NCBI GenBank assembly: GCA_002269645.1
Contig: NIVC01002125.1
Span: 62,001-126,000, forward strand
DNA: 64,000 nucleotides
From: Macrostomum lignano
Taxonomy: Eukaryota
Direction of reading: 5' to 3'
This document shows, piece by piece, positions 1-11,760 of this stretch. The notes below the pieces were generated by a model. That model saw only the letters and a program-made list of their open reading frames with translations, made no database searches and was not told where the DNA came from. The position numbers and the translations under genes are program-made. Position 1 is the first letter of the stretch. The number at the start of each line of letters is the position of its first letter.

Positions 1-1549
1 AATAGACAGGAAGTCAGGAATCTCACCCCAATAGATGTTAGAAAACAAAGTGTAAATCTAATGATCTTAATAAATATAAGTTTTACTTATTACTGTTACT
101 TATTAGTAATCCATGTACTGTACATGCGTGTCAACCCTGTTTAATTTGTTTGTTGCTATTTTTTGTTTATTTCTCCAACTATCTGCTGTAATTTTCTGTC
201 TCTATCGAATTTTTCATCTTGCTGCTCAGCCGTTTTTTTTTTCTTTTTAGCTTACAAAAATGTTTCTCAGCGCCTGGAGCGAGTTCAGCTCCTTGGTGTA
301 GCTCGCTTTATCAGCTAATGTGTATTTGATATGCCGGCCCCACTGTGCGTGTTTTTTATTAAGTAAACTGAAAGAACTTTAAAATACATTTAAAAATTGC
401 ATATTTACTTGATAGTGTGCGATAATATATATTAGACGTAAGATAGACATAATTATTCACCTGTGTACTGGCTTGTTTCTGTAATCTTGTCTGCATCGAC
501 TGCTCTTTTCGTAACTTATGTCATATTTATGTATGAGTATGCATATTTCTATTATTAATAAGTCTAAATTAATATATTTTTTATATATGAGTTAAGCAAC
601 CAAAGTTTTAATTATAAGCATCTATAACTGGAAAAGACTTGTAGTACTTAAAGAAATTGTCTTAATAATTAGACATCAACAAAAAGGTAAATAGATTTCT
701 CATTGGAATTCTCTAATGTTTTCTGTTCGGCTTCTATCCGGTTCGTCAGTGTTGTCTCCTTGGTGTTATTCTGGTGTATAGGTGAATCTAGCATCTGCAC
801 TCAATGGAATGGGGGAAGAGTTGGCACTAATTAAGCGATTATGTTTTGTTTAGAATTTTGTATAAAATCTATTCGATTTGCGGTGCTTAATTTTATTTAA
901 TCACATTTTTATTTTCAAGCACTTGTCATCGAGTGCTCTTCCTTTGTCACTCTGTCCTTACTCAACTCCGAAGAATCAGTGACCACTGAGCCTGTAACAG
1001 CTACTATTATTATTGAAATAAACTGTCCATAAACCGTAGCTTAACCCCTTCGCCACCAGCTATTTCTTCTATTAATTATTATTACAGTAAAAATACTTTT
1101 TGCAATACTGTTTTTGCCTGTAATTATTTGCTTTACGAAATCAAACAGTTTAAATATTAATAATATAACAACCTTGTGACAGCATTCAGTTTGTAGAATT
1201 TAACTTGCAAACACCATTTTTCTATTAGAAATTTGTTTGTGTGCTGTGCGTTTGATTATTGCTAATGCAAAGCAGAACATAATTGTTGCGGCTTGAAAAG
1301 CACCGGCAAGCAAATTATACTTACACTTTGTGTGCCTGTCTGTTAAGGCTTTTATTGCACGCAAACGTTACGCAAATTTTTGTGTTTTGTACTTTTATTT
1401 AATTCTGACTGGCTAGAACCCTAGGGGAATAAATAGAGAAAATAGAGGAATAAGAATAATGTTTGATGATAAAAAATAAATGTGTGATGATCTTGAAATC
1501 AAAAGTCAAATAAAAACAAAGTGACTGATACACTAGAATGGGAATGATC

Positions 1550-2085
1550 TTGACTGATTGGCTAAAGCGGGAATGACATTGAACACTTGAAATTAGCTGA
1601 TTGGCTGAAGCGGGAATGACTTTGAAATTAAAATTAGCTGATTGGCTTAAGCGGGAATGACCTCGAAATTTAAATTAGCTGATTGGCTAAAGCGGGAATG
1701 ACCTCGAAATTGAAATTAGCTGATTGGCTAAAGCGGAAATGACCTCGAAATTGAAATTAGCTGATTGGCTAAAGCAGGAATGACCTTGAAATTGAAATTA
1801 GCTGATTGGCTAAAGCGGAAATGACCTCGAAATTGAAATTAGCTGATTGGCTAAAGCGGAAATGACCTCGAAATTGAAATTAGCTGATTGGCTAAAGCGG
1901 GAATGACATTGAACACTTAAAATTAGCTGATTGGCTGAAGCGGGAATGACCTCGAAATTGAAATTAGCTGATTGGCTTAAGCGGGAATGACCTCGAAATT
2001 GAAATTAGCTGATTGGCTAAAGCAGGAATGACCTTGAAATTGAAATTAGCTGATTGGCTAAATCGGGAATGACCTTGAAATGAAA
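1550..2085. repeat. 41-bp tandem repeat (~13 copies), unit GCTGATTGGCTAAAGCGGGAATGACCTCGAAATTGAAATTA
   Basis: Read directly: CTGATTGG recurs every ~41 bp from ~1553 to ~2050. Confidence 0.95.
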
Positions 2086-2224
2086 GGTCTCGCTAATGGC
2101 TAGAAATAGATGTTGCTAATTAGAGAATCAACAGTGAAACCATGCGCTCTTTTTATGTCGCCACCCCGAACAACAGGACAAGCCCATCTGACAAATTCGC
2201 AAGCCACAAACTGTAGTGAGGAAT
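1550..2224 (+). promoter_or_regulatory. Candidate ASZ1 promoter with tandem CCAAT (NF-Y) boxes and E2F/CHR-like motifs
   Basis: Each unit carries CTGATTGGCT (reverse complement AGCCAATCAG, the NF-Y consensus) and usually GCGGGAA. The array ends ~140 bp before the ATG at 2225. Function is inferred. Confidence 0.4.
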
Positions 2225-5200
2225 ATGCAATCCCGAGGCAACTTCTTAATCGACGGCGAATGTTACGACGACGACGATGACGACTATGACGATGAAGATG
2301 ACTACGACGACGACGATGATGACGCAATCATTGACCCGTCTGCTGGCGTCGAGGCTGGACAGCGGCGTCGGCTGCAGCAACGATTCCGGGCTTCGCTGCC
2401 GCATCCTGGCGAGGCGACGGCGGCAGCAGCAATGACGGTCGGCAGTAGCGGCTGGGGCCAGCGGCAGCCGCAGCAGCGAAGTTCCCTGGCTCAGCTGCAG
2501 CTCCAAGAGGCCATCAGTAGCCGTCAGCTTGGCCAGAAGCTGGACGAACTGCTTGACCGTCTGGCTTCGACGGCTGACTTTGACATCAATGCGCCGTTGA
2601 AGAACGGCTGGACGCCTCTAATGCTGGCTGCCGAACGGTGCAACATCGAGATGGTCGCCGCCTTGATTGACAAGGGTGCACGCGCTGACCGTGTCTCCGC
2701 CGACGGCACCACCAGCCTGATGGCCGCCTGCGGCAGCGGCAGTCGGCACAGCGACGAATCTGCGGTTCTAGAAATGATTCAATTGCTGATGGACTGTGGA
2801 GCTAAGGAGACTATTAATACCGTGTCGGCTAGGTGAGTTCTCATTAGAGATTAGTGCCTTTACCTTTCTCCACTAGTTCAATAAATGTCGCTAATTTTTC
2901 ACCAAGTTTAATAAGTGGATAATTCGTCATCAATCAGACAGGGCACGGCTCTGCACCTGGCTGCTCGATTCAATTATCCTCGGGTTGTCGCTCGCCTCCT
3001 GGCCGATGGCGCCGGGGTCGATACGCTGTCGGCCGGATCGGACGGGCGCACACCGCTAATGGAAGCCGCTGCCAGAGGCAATCTCCGCTCCGTTGAGGCC
3101 CTGCTGTCCGGAGGCGCCAAGCCCGACCGTCGGGATCGTCGGGGCCACACGGCGGCTGAGTTAGCAGCCAACGCCGGCTATCCACGGGTGGCCCGCCTCA
3201 TTGACAGTCCCGTAGGCGAGCTGACCGTCTCTCTGGCGGGCGACGGCGACGGCGAGGGATGTATCGGTGAAGTTGCCCCCAGCGTGGGCTCGACCAGCGC
3301 CGACGATGAATCCGCCAAACTGGACGACCTGTCCAGCTTTTTCTACGGCATCGGTGAGCAATCCTTTTATGGTCATTCCATCCTAACCTGAAATCGGCCT
3401 CTCCTGACATCTCATGGCTTGACATTATCCTGTATTCACCGCCACCCTCTCCTGACACATTCCTGTCCTGTCGTGACGTCACCCTCTCCTAATGTCACTG
3501 TCGTGACGTCACCCTATCCTAATGTCACTTTCATGACGTCACCCTCTCCTAATGTCACTGTCGTGACGTCACCCTCTCCTAATGTCACTGTCATGACGTC
3601 ACCCTCTCCTAATGTCACTGTCATGACGTCACCCTCTCCTAATGTCACTGTCATGACGTCACCCTGTCATTTGCATTTGTGTATTTTAATCATGTTGCTT
3701 ATTGGCGATAGATAGATGGAATAAATATTAAATAAAAAAGGTATAAAAAGCGAAGATAGACTGAATCGACAAACTCGGATACTTATTAATACAGTAAAAT
3801 ACTAACACGACTTAACGTCAGATAAAACGGCAAGACATAACTTACGAACAAACGATTTACTGATCTATTATACCTTGACGCTTTTAAAAACCTCATAAAA
3901 CAGGGTTCGAAACCCTGCACGGACTCCAAACAACCTTATGAGCTTAGACTACTACATGTAGCATTGAGGTTTATACTAGTTCAATAGTAAACTTCAAATA
4001 TCACTTTGTGAGTCTTCTTTGCCATGGTTTCTGGCCTTGCTGCAATCTTAACCATACCCAGTACGAAGAGTGAGTGAAGTCTTTTCACGTCTTTTTTAAG
4101 ATTTATGGACAATATTTTGGTCATTTACCTACTTCTCGGTCATTTTGGAAGTAAAGTACCCTTCAAAAGTGCTCAACATAAAGTATCAAAGTAGAGGTGT
4201 GACGGTCAAGAATGAAGTGCTCATTATTAGTCCTACCTTGATAATAACACATAAAATACGCTGTCAGTCAGTTCTTAAAGAAAACAGCGTCTCAGAGTGC
4301 GCCTCGGGGTCAGGACCGAACCAAATATGAGACGCCAGCGTCAGCCAGCAGGCAGTCAACGAAGCACCAAGTCCGCACCTGTACGACTTGGCACGGATGA
4401 TGAGCTGGGCCAGCTGAAGTTACTGCAACGGTTCGTTTGGACAAACCAGGCCGACGCAGCGATACAGTGCCGCGTTTGTGACTTGCTCGTCGCCTATCTA
4501 GAAGGCAGCCGGCAGTGAGGTAGGTCCTCGGGCTGCAGGACCGGCCTCACAGAGCGAAAGGAAGCGCAGGCAGGCCCGCGGCGACGCCGCGAATCCTCGC
4601 GCACGTCGGGAACCAGACCGCCAATGTAGTCAAACAGCTGACATCGCGGAAGCTCCGTCGCCTTCGAACTCGGTGCAAAACCGCAGTCTTGGCCATCCGA
4701 GTGTTTATCACGTTCCAGCCTCTACCGCAATTAACCAGTCCGATTCTAACTAAAATCCATGTACTCGTACATTTAGTACAATGCTACAATATTGTCTTCA
4801 AGCGGGACTTTTTAGAGCGATATTTCTGCCACGAGAATACTGTTTTATACAGTACTCCAAATGCAACTCCAATTACTAAGCTTGACTACCAGTGGTACAA
4901 GGAATTGTTTAGAACAGTTGACAGTACCAAAGTTAATGAATTAAGCCGAATTGAAAATCCATACAAGTGTATAATTTAAAGCAAACTATTAGTCCTTGTT
5001 CGTGCTTTTGTCGCTTTTCGTATTTTTTCACGCCAGCAACTAGCAAATAATATTGCAACCAGACCGTGTGGTGTGAGTCTCATCCGCTGCCAGGATTGTC
5101 AATACAAAGTATACTGAAAAGTTAGCAGATCAAAGTAACAAATAATGTTAGCGCAAATGCAAACCAACATTCGCTTCCAGATGGTTAATCGTCACCTGGA

Positions 5201-7796
5201 AACTATAAAAATATATCAGCTGGTCTCAAGTAGGAACCCCACCTGACGCATAGCACAAATTTCACTTGATAAACTTTTCAATAAACTTTTCCTCTCGAAA
5301 TATTCAAGGGACCAAACATCGGCTTTAGAACAAGTGATTTCTTTCTCGAGCACGCAAGCCTCACGACCTCCCACCGTCACGCCGAGTCCCCCGCTGCTCG
5401 AGCATCCGCCGGAGTGACTCAAGCCTGGCTTGAGCAGCAGCACCGGAGCACAGTCTCCAGTCACCGGCCGCAACGTCTGCCTCCACCGGCACCACGTAGT
5501 ACTTGCTTGAGCCCTTCTCCACCGCGAACTCGCGAGACAGATCCTCCGGCTGCAGCTGGCAGCCGAGCTTTTGCAGCCGGAGCACCTTCTCAACGCTGAG
5601 CCCTTCGAAGGCTACAGTCGAGTCGACGTCCAGAAAAGCCAGACCATCGCCGCAGTCCTTCTCCAGCAGCAGCAGGTCCTCGCCGCAGACACGGAAGAAG
5701 TGCACGCACAGGTGCAGGCGCCGAACAGATTTTGCGCAGATCAGCTCAGCCTGTCTGGAGGCGTAGCGACGACGAACTGGATCGAACCACAGGAACCGAA
5801 TGACATTAGACTGCTGTTGGGCTTCTTGACTGCGAACCTCTGGGCCTGGGTCCTTCCTATTAAATGATCCAATGGAAGGTTTGGTGTAGCTTTTTATATT
5901 ACCATTTTCAAAGCAGGTTTTTTTGAACTGTGCTTTGAAAACTGCTTGGGTTTGATTCCAGTCAATACACGGTGTATCATGAGTAGAACCGCATGTCCTG
6001 ATGAGAAAGAAACCACCAGTGATATACAAGGCGGAGGATAATTCAACCCACGAGTCAAGACTGATAAATAGTCGTACCTTAAAAAAGATTTCTGTACTCT
6101 ATAAAAACTGAAGATTGCAGCTAATGAGCTTTAAACATAAATACAGTTCGATTTATCAACTAGATTTCAATAGGGAGCCCTGTTAATTGCATGTGACCGA
6201 TGCGGTTAGCCATTCTGAAAAGTTGATGTATTCTGCAACTGAGCTAGTTTCAAATAAACCATGAACAATTGTATGAACTGTCACTGTCATGGCACAGCAC
6301 GCGGCTACAGCTAGAAGGAGAATTAATTACAAGATGGCTGTTGGGCTATTTTGAAACTTCTTTGAACTGCATGCGCTACAAACTCTTCTTAAAAAAGATG
6401 AACTCTAAATTTTCCATGTATAATTTTAAAAATACCTAGCTAAAGCCGTCTTCTTCTTCTGCTGCTGTTGTTGCTGCTGCTCCTGCTGCTGCTGCTGCTT
6501 CTGTGTGGCGTTCCGACTAGCCAGCTGAGCATTAGCCTGCCTCATTGGCAGCGACTTCACCGTCTCCGAAGTTGTCGCCGCGTCGTCCATCTGGCAGGCA
6601 TCCGCGGCGGCGGATTCTCCGTGGCATCGACAGACACAGCAGGGCGGAGTACCGGTTTCCACCGGCTTCGTTGGAGGCGGCTGCTGCGTAAGCGAGTCCC
6701 CGCGGTTGCTGCTGTTGCAGGGGACTTGACGACGTCGTCTGCCTCCGGTGTTGGTCGCGGTGTCGGCGGCAGGTCCGGTCGCCACTTCGCTGCCGGACAG
6801 CAGAGTTGCCAAGCCGGCCAGCTGCTGGATTGTGCTGTCCAACCGGTCCTTGAACTCCTTCAGGCTCTCCTCATTCTGTTCAGTGGTCAACTGAGTCCTG
6901 GTGGGCTCCCTCGAGCTGCTCATTGAGGTGTTCGTGGAGCTGGATTGCTGGCCATAGCTCATGGCCGACTTCACTTGCCGGTCTTTTTTCGTAGTGCCAG
7001 CTGTCTTGTGCATCCTTGGTTTCCTACAAAAAACCGCCAAAATAAAGTTCAGATAGCCGCGCCTTTAAGTTTTATAGAGTTATTTCGTTAGTGTGTGACA
7101 CTTCTAAAGATCTGGCTATGCAGTTTGGTGCATAGATATAAGGCAGTGACTACAATGAATGCCGCGCAAAAAATTTCTGGGTAATTTCAAAGTTTAAATG
7201 GCATCAAAAACTGACATAAAAACTATTATAAGACATTTAGATTTAGACAGATTGATTGAAACTCCCGATTTAGGGCGTATTCTAAGCGGCACTCTTTAGG
7301 AAGTGGCTGAGTAGTTAGCTTATATGGTACTTGCTTATGCGCACTTAAAAGAGGATTGAAAGTAGTTGCCTAGTAGAATCACGGGATTTCAGAGAATATG
7401 GATCAAGAACTTTCAATCATTAACAGAGACAATCTCATGAGATTCCTCTCTTTGTTTGATGCCACACCTTTGATATTGAAATCAGGCTAGTAGTTAACCC
7501 TAAAACCTCGCTCTGTTTTCTTTAGGCTATCCAGAAGTGGCAAACCAATTTCGCGCTCACTGTTTGACTTTTGTTGACCTGCTGACGACGACAGACTCGG
7601 CGCTTGAAAAAATCGGCGTCCGACAAGTCGGCGTTCGTCGGCGCATTTTGGAGGCCGTGCGGCAGCTGCACAGGCGGCCCTGGCGGGATTCCAGCATGCC
7701 GCAGCTGGCTACTGGGAGACCGCCTGCCGCTGCTGACTATCTGGCGATACTGGCCAATCTGCACAGGTCTGTGTCTGTCTGCTTGTCTGTCTGCCC

Positions 7797-7828
<32 letters not shown>

Positions 7829-8462
7829 GCCCGTCTGTCTGCCTGTCTGTCTGTCTGTCAGAGTGTATGTCTGTCTGCCCGTCTGTCTGTCTGCCTGTCT
7901 GTCTGTCTGTCAGAGTGTATGTCTGTCTGCCCGTCTGTCTGTCTGCCTGTCTGTTTGCCCGCCTGTCTGCCCGTCTGTCTGTCTGTCTTTCTGTCTGTCT
8001 GCCCATCTGTCTGTCTGTCTGTCTGTCACAGCCCACCAACCAACCCAATCGCTGCCCGCCACCCCATTTAGGCACCTGGAGTTCATGAATGCCACGCTAA
8101 AATACCTGACCGACCACGCTGAAGCCGCGGCTGCTGACGCTGCCGCTGATGCCGCCGCGGCCAAAGCCTCTGTAGCTTCGGCTGGACAACCATCGGCAGC
8201 AGCCGCCGCCACCGCGGCTGTTGAGGCTGCGAGCTCCGGCGGCCCAGCCGACGGCCTTCGCAATCAGCGCGTGCTGGCCCGGGCCCGAAACTCCTGCCGG
8301 CTGGCCGCTGGCGAGTGCCGCCGACTGCTTGGCCGCCTGGAGACCGGCTTAGCAGCGCTGCAGCGCCTGCAGCCTGTTGAACGGCCAGACCGTCTGCCAG
8401 CGATCGGCGAGGCGGGCAGTAATAAATCTGCCAAGTGGAATTTTGCGGCTATCGGTGTCTGA
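2225..8462 (+). CDS. ASZ1: Ankyrin repeat, SAM and coiled-coil/bZIP-like protein (ASZ1/GASZ-like); exons 2225-2832, 2938-3353, 7526-7766, 8072-8462
   Basis: Acidic N-terminus, ankyrin repeats (GWTPLMLAAERCNIEMVAALIDKGA, GTALHLAARFNYPRVVARLL, GRTPLMEAAARGNLRSVEALL) and a SAM domain formed across intron 2 (LDDLSSFFYGIGYPEVANQF...LEKIGVRQVGVRRRILEAVRQLH), followed by a helical region. All junctions are GT-AG and phase-consistent (2,1,2). A hydrophobic tail continues in frame past TGA 8460-8462. Confidence 0.8.
3470..3665. repeat. 30-bp minisatellite (CGTCACCCTCTCCTAATGTCACTGTCATGA) in ASZ1 intron 2
   Basis: About 6 near-identical units; explains ORF 3419..3715. Confidence 0.9.
4300..4721 (-). 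other. GC-rich coding-like segment; possible degenerate copy or extra exon of the nested gene
   Basis: The minus strand gives RLERDKHSDG...VLQPEDL...(TAG)ATSK and, in another frame, QLAQLIIRAKSYR. These echo LEKDCGDG, LQPEDL, KGSSK and QAELICAKSVRR of the nested gene. Interrupted by stops. Confidence 0.3.
5361..6962 (-). CDS. Nested two-exon gene (exons 6962-6436, 5856-5361; ~340 aa): low-complexity/polyQ N-half plus possible ubiquitin-like domain
   Basis: Donor AG|gtattt at 6436/6435 and acceptor tttaatag|G at 5857/5856 are both phase 2 and join ORFs 6426..7040 and 5361..6029. SVRRLHLC...EDLLLLE...FLDVDSTVAFEGLSVEKVLRL resembles a beta-grasp pattern (inference). An alternative ATG lies at 7013. 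Confidence 0.6.
7768..8030. repeat. (CTGT)n-type microsatellite filling ASZ1 intron 3
   Basis: Degenerate CTGT/CCGT/CTGC tetramers directly after the donor at 7767. Confidence 0.95.
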
Positions 8463-8933
8463 GCCGCTGTGTGCGCCGCTGCGACTGTTGCTGGCTTCTT
8501 AGTGGCTGCGAAGCGGCGCTGATCGTTGGAGTTTTGGTTGGACTGATCGAAGAATTTGTGTACGAAATTGAAGCTACTTTTAAGCTTAGCGATAGTATAA
8601 AGTTAGTTTAGTAATGCATGTTTGTTTGCTACTATGGTTACTCGTGTAATAACTGACTTAACTGGGCTCTTATTCATATTAGTCCTCATTAAACTAATAA
8701 AGTCTAGTATAATAACCCTTTCAATGCATGCATTTGTGCTTGTACTCAAAAGCGCAGTTCCGGTGTTTTTTATTTATTAAAAGCCATTTGTTTTTTCTGT
8801 GTGCGCTATTTGTTTTTTTCTAATTTCTTGAGTTTGAATGAAAATATAAAAATACTGCTGCAAAGTGCTTCAAGTTTGTAATGTACTCGTGACGTCTCTA
8901 ATTTAACTCAATATGACTTCAGTTTAAGGCAAG

Positions 8934-10908
8934 ATTTAGTTCCTGTTTCAGACAGGATTTAGGTACTGTTTCAGACAGGATTTAGGTACTGTTTCAGACA
9001 GGATTTAGGTACTGTTTCAGACAGGATTTAGGTACTGTTTCAGACAGGATTTAGTTCCTGTTTCAGACAGGATTTAGGTACTGTTTCAGACAGGATTTAG
9101 TTCCTGTTTCAGACAGGATTTAGGTACTGTTTCAGACAGGATTTAGGTACTGTTTCAGACAGGATTTAGGTACTGTTTCAGACAGGATTTAGGTACTGTT
9201 TCAGACAGGATTTAGTTCCTGTTTCAGACAGGATTTAGGTACTGTTTCAGACAGGATTTAGTTCCTGTTTCAGACAGGATTTAGGTACTGTTTCAGACAG
9301 GATTTAGGTACTGTTTCAGACAGGATTTAGGTACTGTTTCAGACAGGATTTAGGTACTGTTTCAGACAGGATTTAGGTACTGTTTCAGACAGGATTTAGG
9401 TACTGTTTCAGACAGGATTTAGGTCCTGTTTCAGACAGGATTTAGGTACTGTTTCAGACAGGATTTAGGTACTGTTTCAGACAGGATTTAGGTACTGTTT
9501 CAGACAGGATTTAGGTACTGTTTCAGACAGGATTTAGGTACTGTTTCAGACAGGATTTAGGTACTGTTTCAGACAGGATTTAGGTACTGTTTCAGACAGG
9601 ATTTAGGTACTGTTTCAGACAGGATTTAGGTACTGTTTCAGACAGGATTTAGGTACTGTTTCAGACAGGATTTAGGTACTGTTTCAGACAGGATTTAGGT
9701 ACTGTTTCAGACAGGATTTAGGTACTGTTTCAGACAGGATTTAGGTACTGTTTCAGACAGGATTTAGGTCCTGTTTCAGATAGGATTTAGGTACTGTTTC
9801 AGACAGGATTTAGGTCCTGTTTCAGACAGGATTTAGGTACTGTTTCAGACAGGATTTAGGTACTGTTTCAGACAGGATTTAGGTACTGTTTCAGACAGGA
9901 TTTAGGTACTGTTTCAGACAGGATTTAGGTACTGTTTCAGACAGGATTTAGGTACTGTTTCAGACAGGATTTAGGTACTGTTTCAGACAGGATTTAGGTA
10001 CTGTTTCAGACAGGATTTAGGTACTGTTTCAGACAGGATTTAGGTACTGTTTCAGACAGGATTTAGTTCCTGTTTCAGACAGGATTTAGGTACTGTTTCA
10101 GACAGGATTTAGTTCCTGTTTCAGACAGGATTTAGGTACTGTTTCAGACAGGATTTAGGTACTGTTTCAGACAGGATTTAGGTACTGTTTCAGACAGGAT
10201 TTAGGTACTGTTTCAGACAGGATTTAGGTACTGTTTCAGACAGGATTTAGGTACTGTTTCAGACAGGATTTAGGTCCTGTTTCAGACAGGATTTAGGTAC
10301 TGTTTCAGACAGGATTTAGGTACTGTTTCAGACAGGATTTAGGTACTGTTTCAGACAGGATTTAGGTACTGTTTCAGACAGGATTTAGGTACTGTTTCAG
10401 ACAGGATTTAGGTACTGTTTCAGACAGGATTTAGGTACTGTTTCAGACAGGATTTAGGTACTGTTTCAGACAGGATTTAGGTACTGTTTCAGACAGGATT
10501 TAGGTACTGTTTCAGACAGGATTTAGGTACTGTTTCAGACAGGATTTAGGTACTGTTTCAGACAGGATTTAGGTCCTGTTTCAGATAGGATTTAGGTACT
10601 GTTTCAGACAGGATTTAGGTACTGTTTCAGACAGGATTTAGGTACTGTTTCAGACAGGATTTAGGTACTGTTTCAGACAGGATTTAGGTACTGTTTCAGA
10701 CAGGATTTAGGTACTGTTTCAGACAGGATTTAGGTACTGTTTCAGACAGGATTTAGGTACTGTTTCAGACAGGATTTAGGTACTGTTTCAGACAGGATTT
10801 AGGTACTGTTTCAGACAGGATTTAGGTCCTGTTTCAGATAGGATTTAGGTCCTGTTTCAGACAGGATTTAGGTACTATTTTAGACAGGATTTAGGTACTG
10901 TTTCAGGT
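8934..10908. repeat. 23-bp minisatellite (AGGTACTGTTTCAGACAGGATTT), ~85 copies
   Basis: Highly homogeneous tandem array read directly. Confidence 0.98.
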
Positions 10909-11208
10909 TGATATTCCGGCCGGTTTTATTGATATTTCAACTAACCTTTTTCAACTAACCTAAACTTTACCTAACCTAACCTAAACTATAGTAAAGTTTT
11001 TCATGCAGTTAATTGTTAAGTTCACCTGTACAAAACGACTAATTTTGATTGCTTGCTAATTAATTTTTGAATCGCTAGCATTATATAACTTTGAATTCTT
11101 TATAATTCTTGCTTTCAGGTCGCCACGAACGGCGATTGTCAGCCTAGACTGAAATACCAGCAACAGCCAGCAAGATTTACAGGCAATTCCTTGCTCACTC
11201 CCTCTAAT

Positions 11209-11760
11209 ATGCGCCTAGCCAAGCTTCGATCCCTAGATGAATTTCTCGGCCGCTCGTCGCGTTTCCAGCTGCCGGACCTGCAGCATCAGGAGCGCTGGAG
11301 CAACCGGGTGCAGCAAAACCTGCTGTACTATCAGACTAACTACATGGCCGTGTTCTGCCTCAGCTTCATCATCTTCCTACTGGTTGATCCGGCTAGCGTA
11401 CTATGCGGATGCGGCATTGTCGGGGCCTGTCTGGCGGCCGGACTCTGGCTAGCAAATGGCGGCGCTGAACGGCGCCTACAATTTCGCGACGCCGTCTCGC
11501 GTCGGCCGGCGCTGACCGTCGCGCTTAGCCTGGCCTGCGCTCTGGTGCTGCTCTACTGCCTGCGCCCCGCTGCCATCTTCCTGCTGGCCGCCCTGCTGCC
11601 TCTGTTCGCCTGTCTGGTGCACGCCTCGCTCCGACTGCGCAGCGTGTCCAGCAAGCTGTCGCATAAGCTGCGCGGCCTTCGCTCTCCCGAAGATGTCACC
11701 CCGATGGAATTCGTGCTCGGCTGGCTGACGGCTGTAGAGGCCGAGGGGCTCGATCTGTGA
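11209..11760 (+). CDS. PRA1 family protein (PRAF3/ARL6IP5- or PRAF2-like), single coding exon, 183 aa
   Basis: LRSLDEFL...RFQLPD...RWSNRVQQNLLYYQTNY is the PRA1-family signature, followed by two long hydrophobic hairpins. ATG at 11209; acceptor-like ttgctttcag at 11109-11118. Confidence 0.9.
   Translation: MRLAKLRSLDEFLGRSSRFQLPDLQHQERWSNRVQQNLLYYQTNYMAVFCLSFIIFLLVDPASVLCGCGIVGACLAAGLWLANGGAERRLQFRDAVSRRPALTVALSLACALVLLYCLRPAAIFLLAALLPLFACLVHASLRLRSVSSKLSHKLRGLRSPEDVTPMEFVLGWLTAVEAEGLDL

Noticed and set aside
1041-1060. TTAACCCCTT as a piggyBac-like end
   Set aside because: No convincing matching inverted end or transposase in the window.
8934-10908. CRISPR-like array (also considered for the other 21-59-bp arrays)
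   Set aside because: Units are directly adjacent with no unique spacers, there are no cas genes and the context is eukaryotic; these are minisatellites.
10920-11000. CTAACCTAACC tract as telomeric or Helentron-like sequence
   Set aside because: Too short and degenerate to classify.
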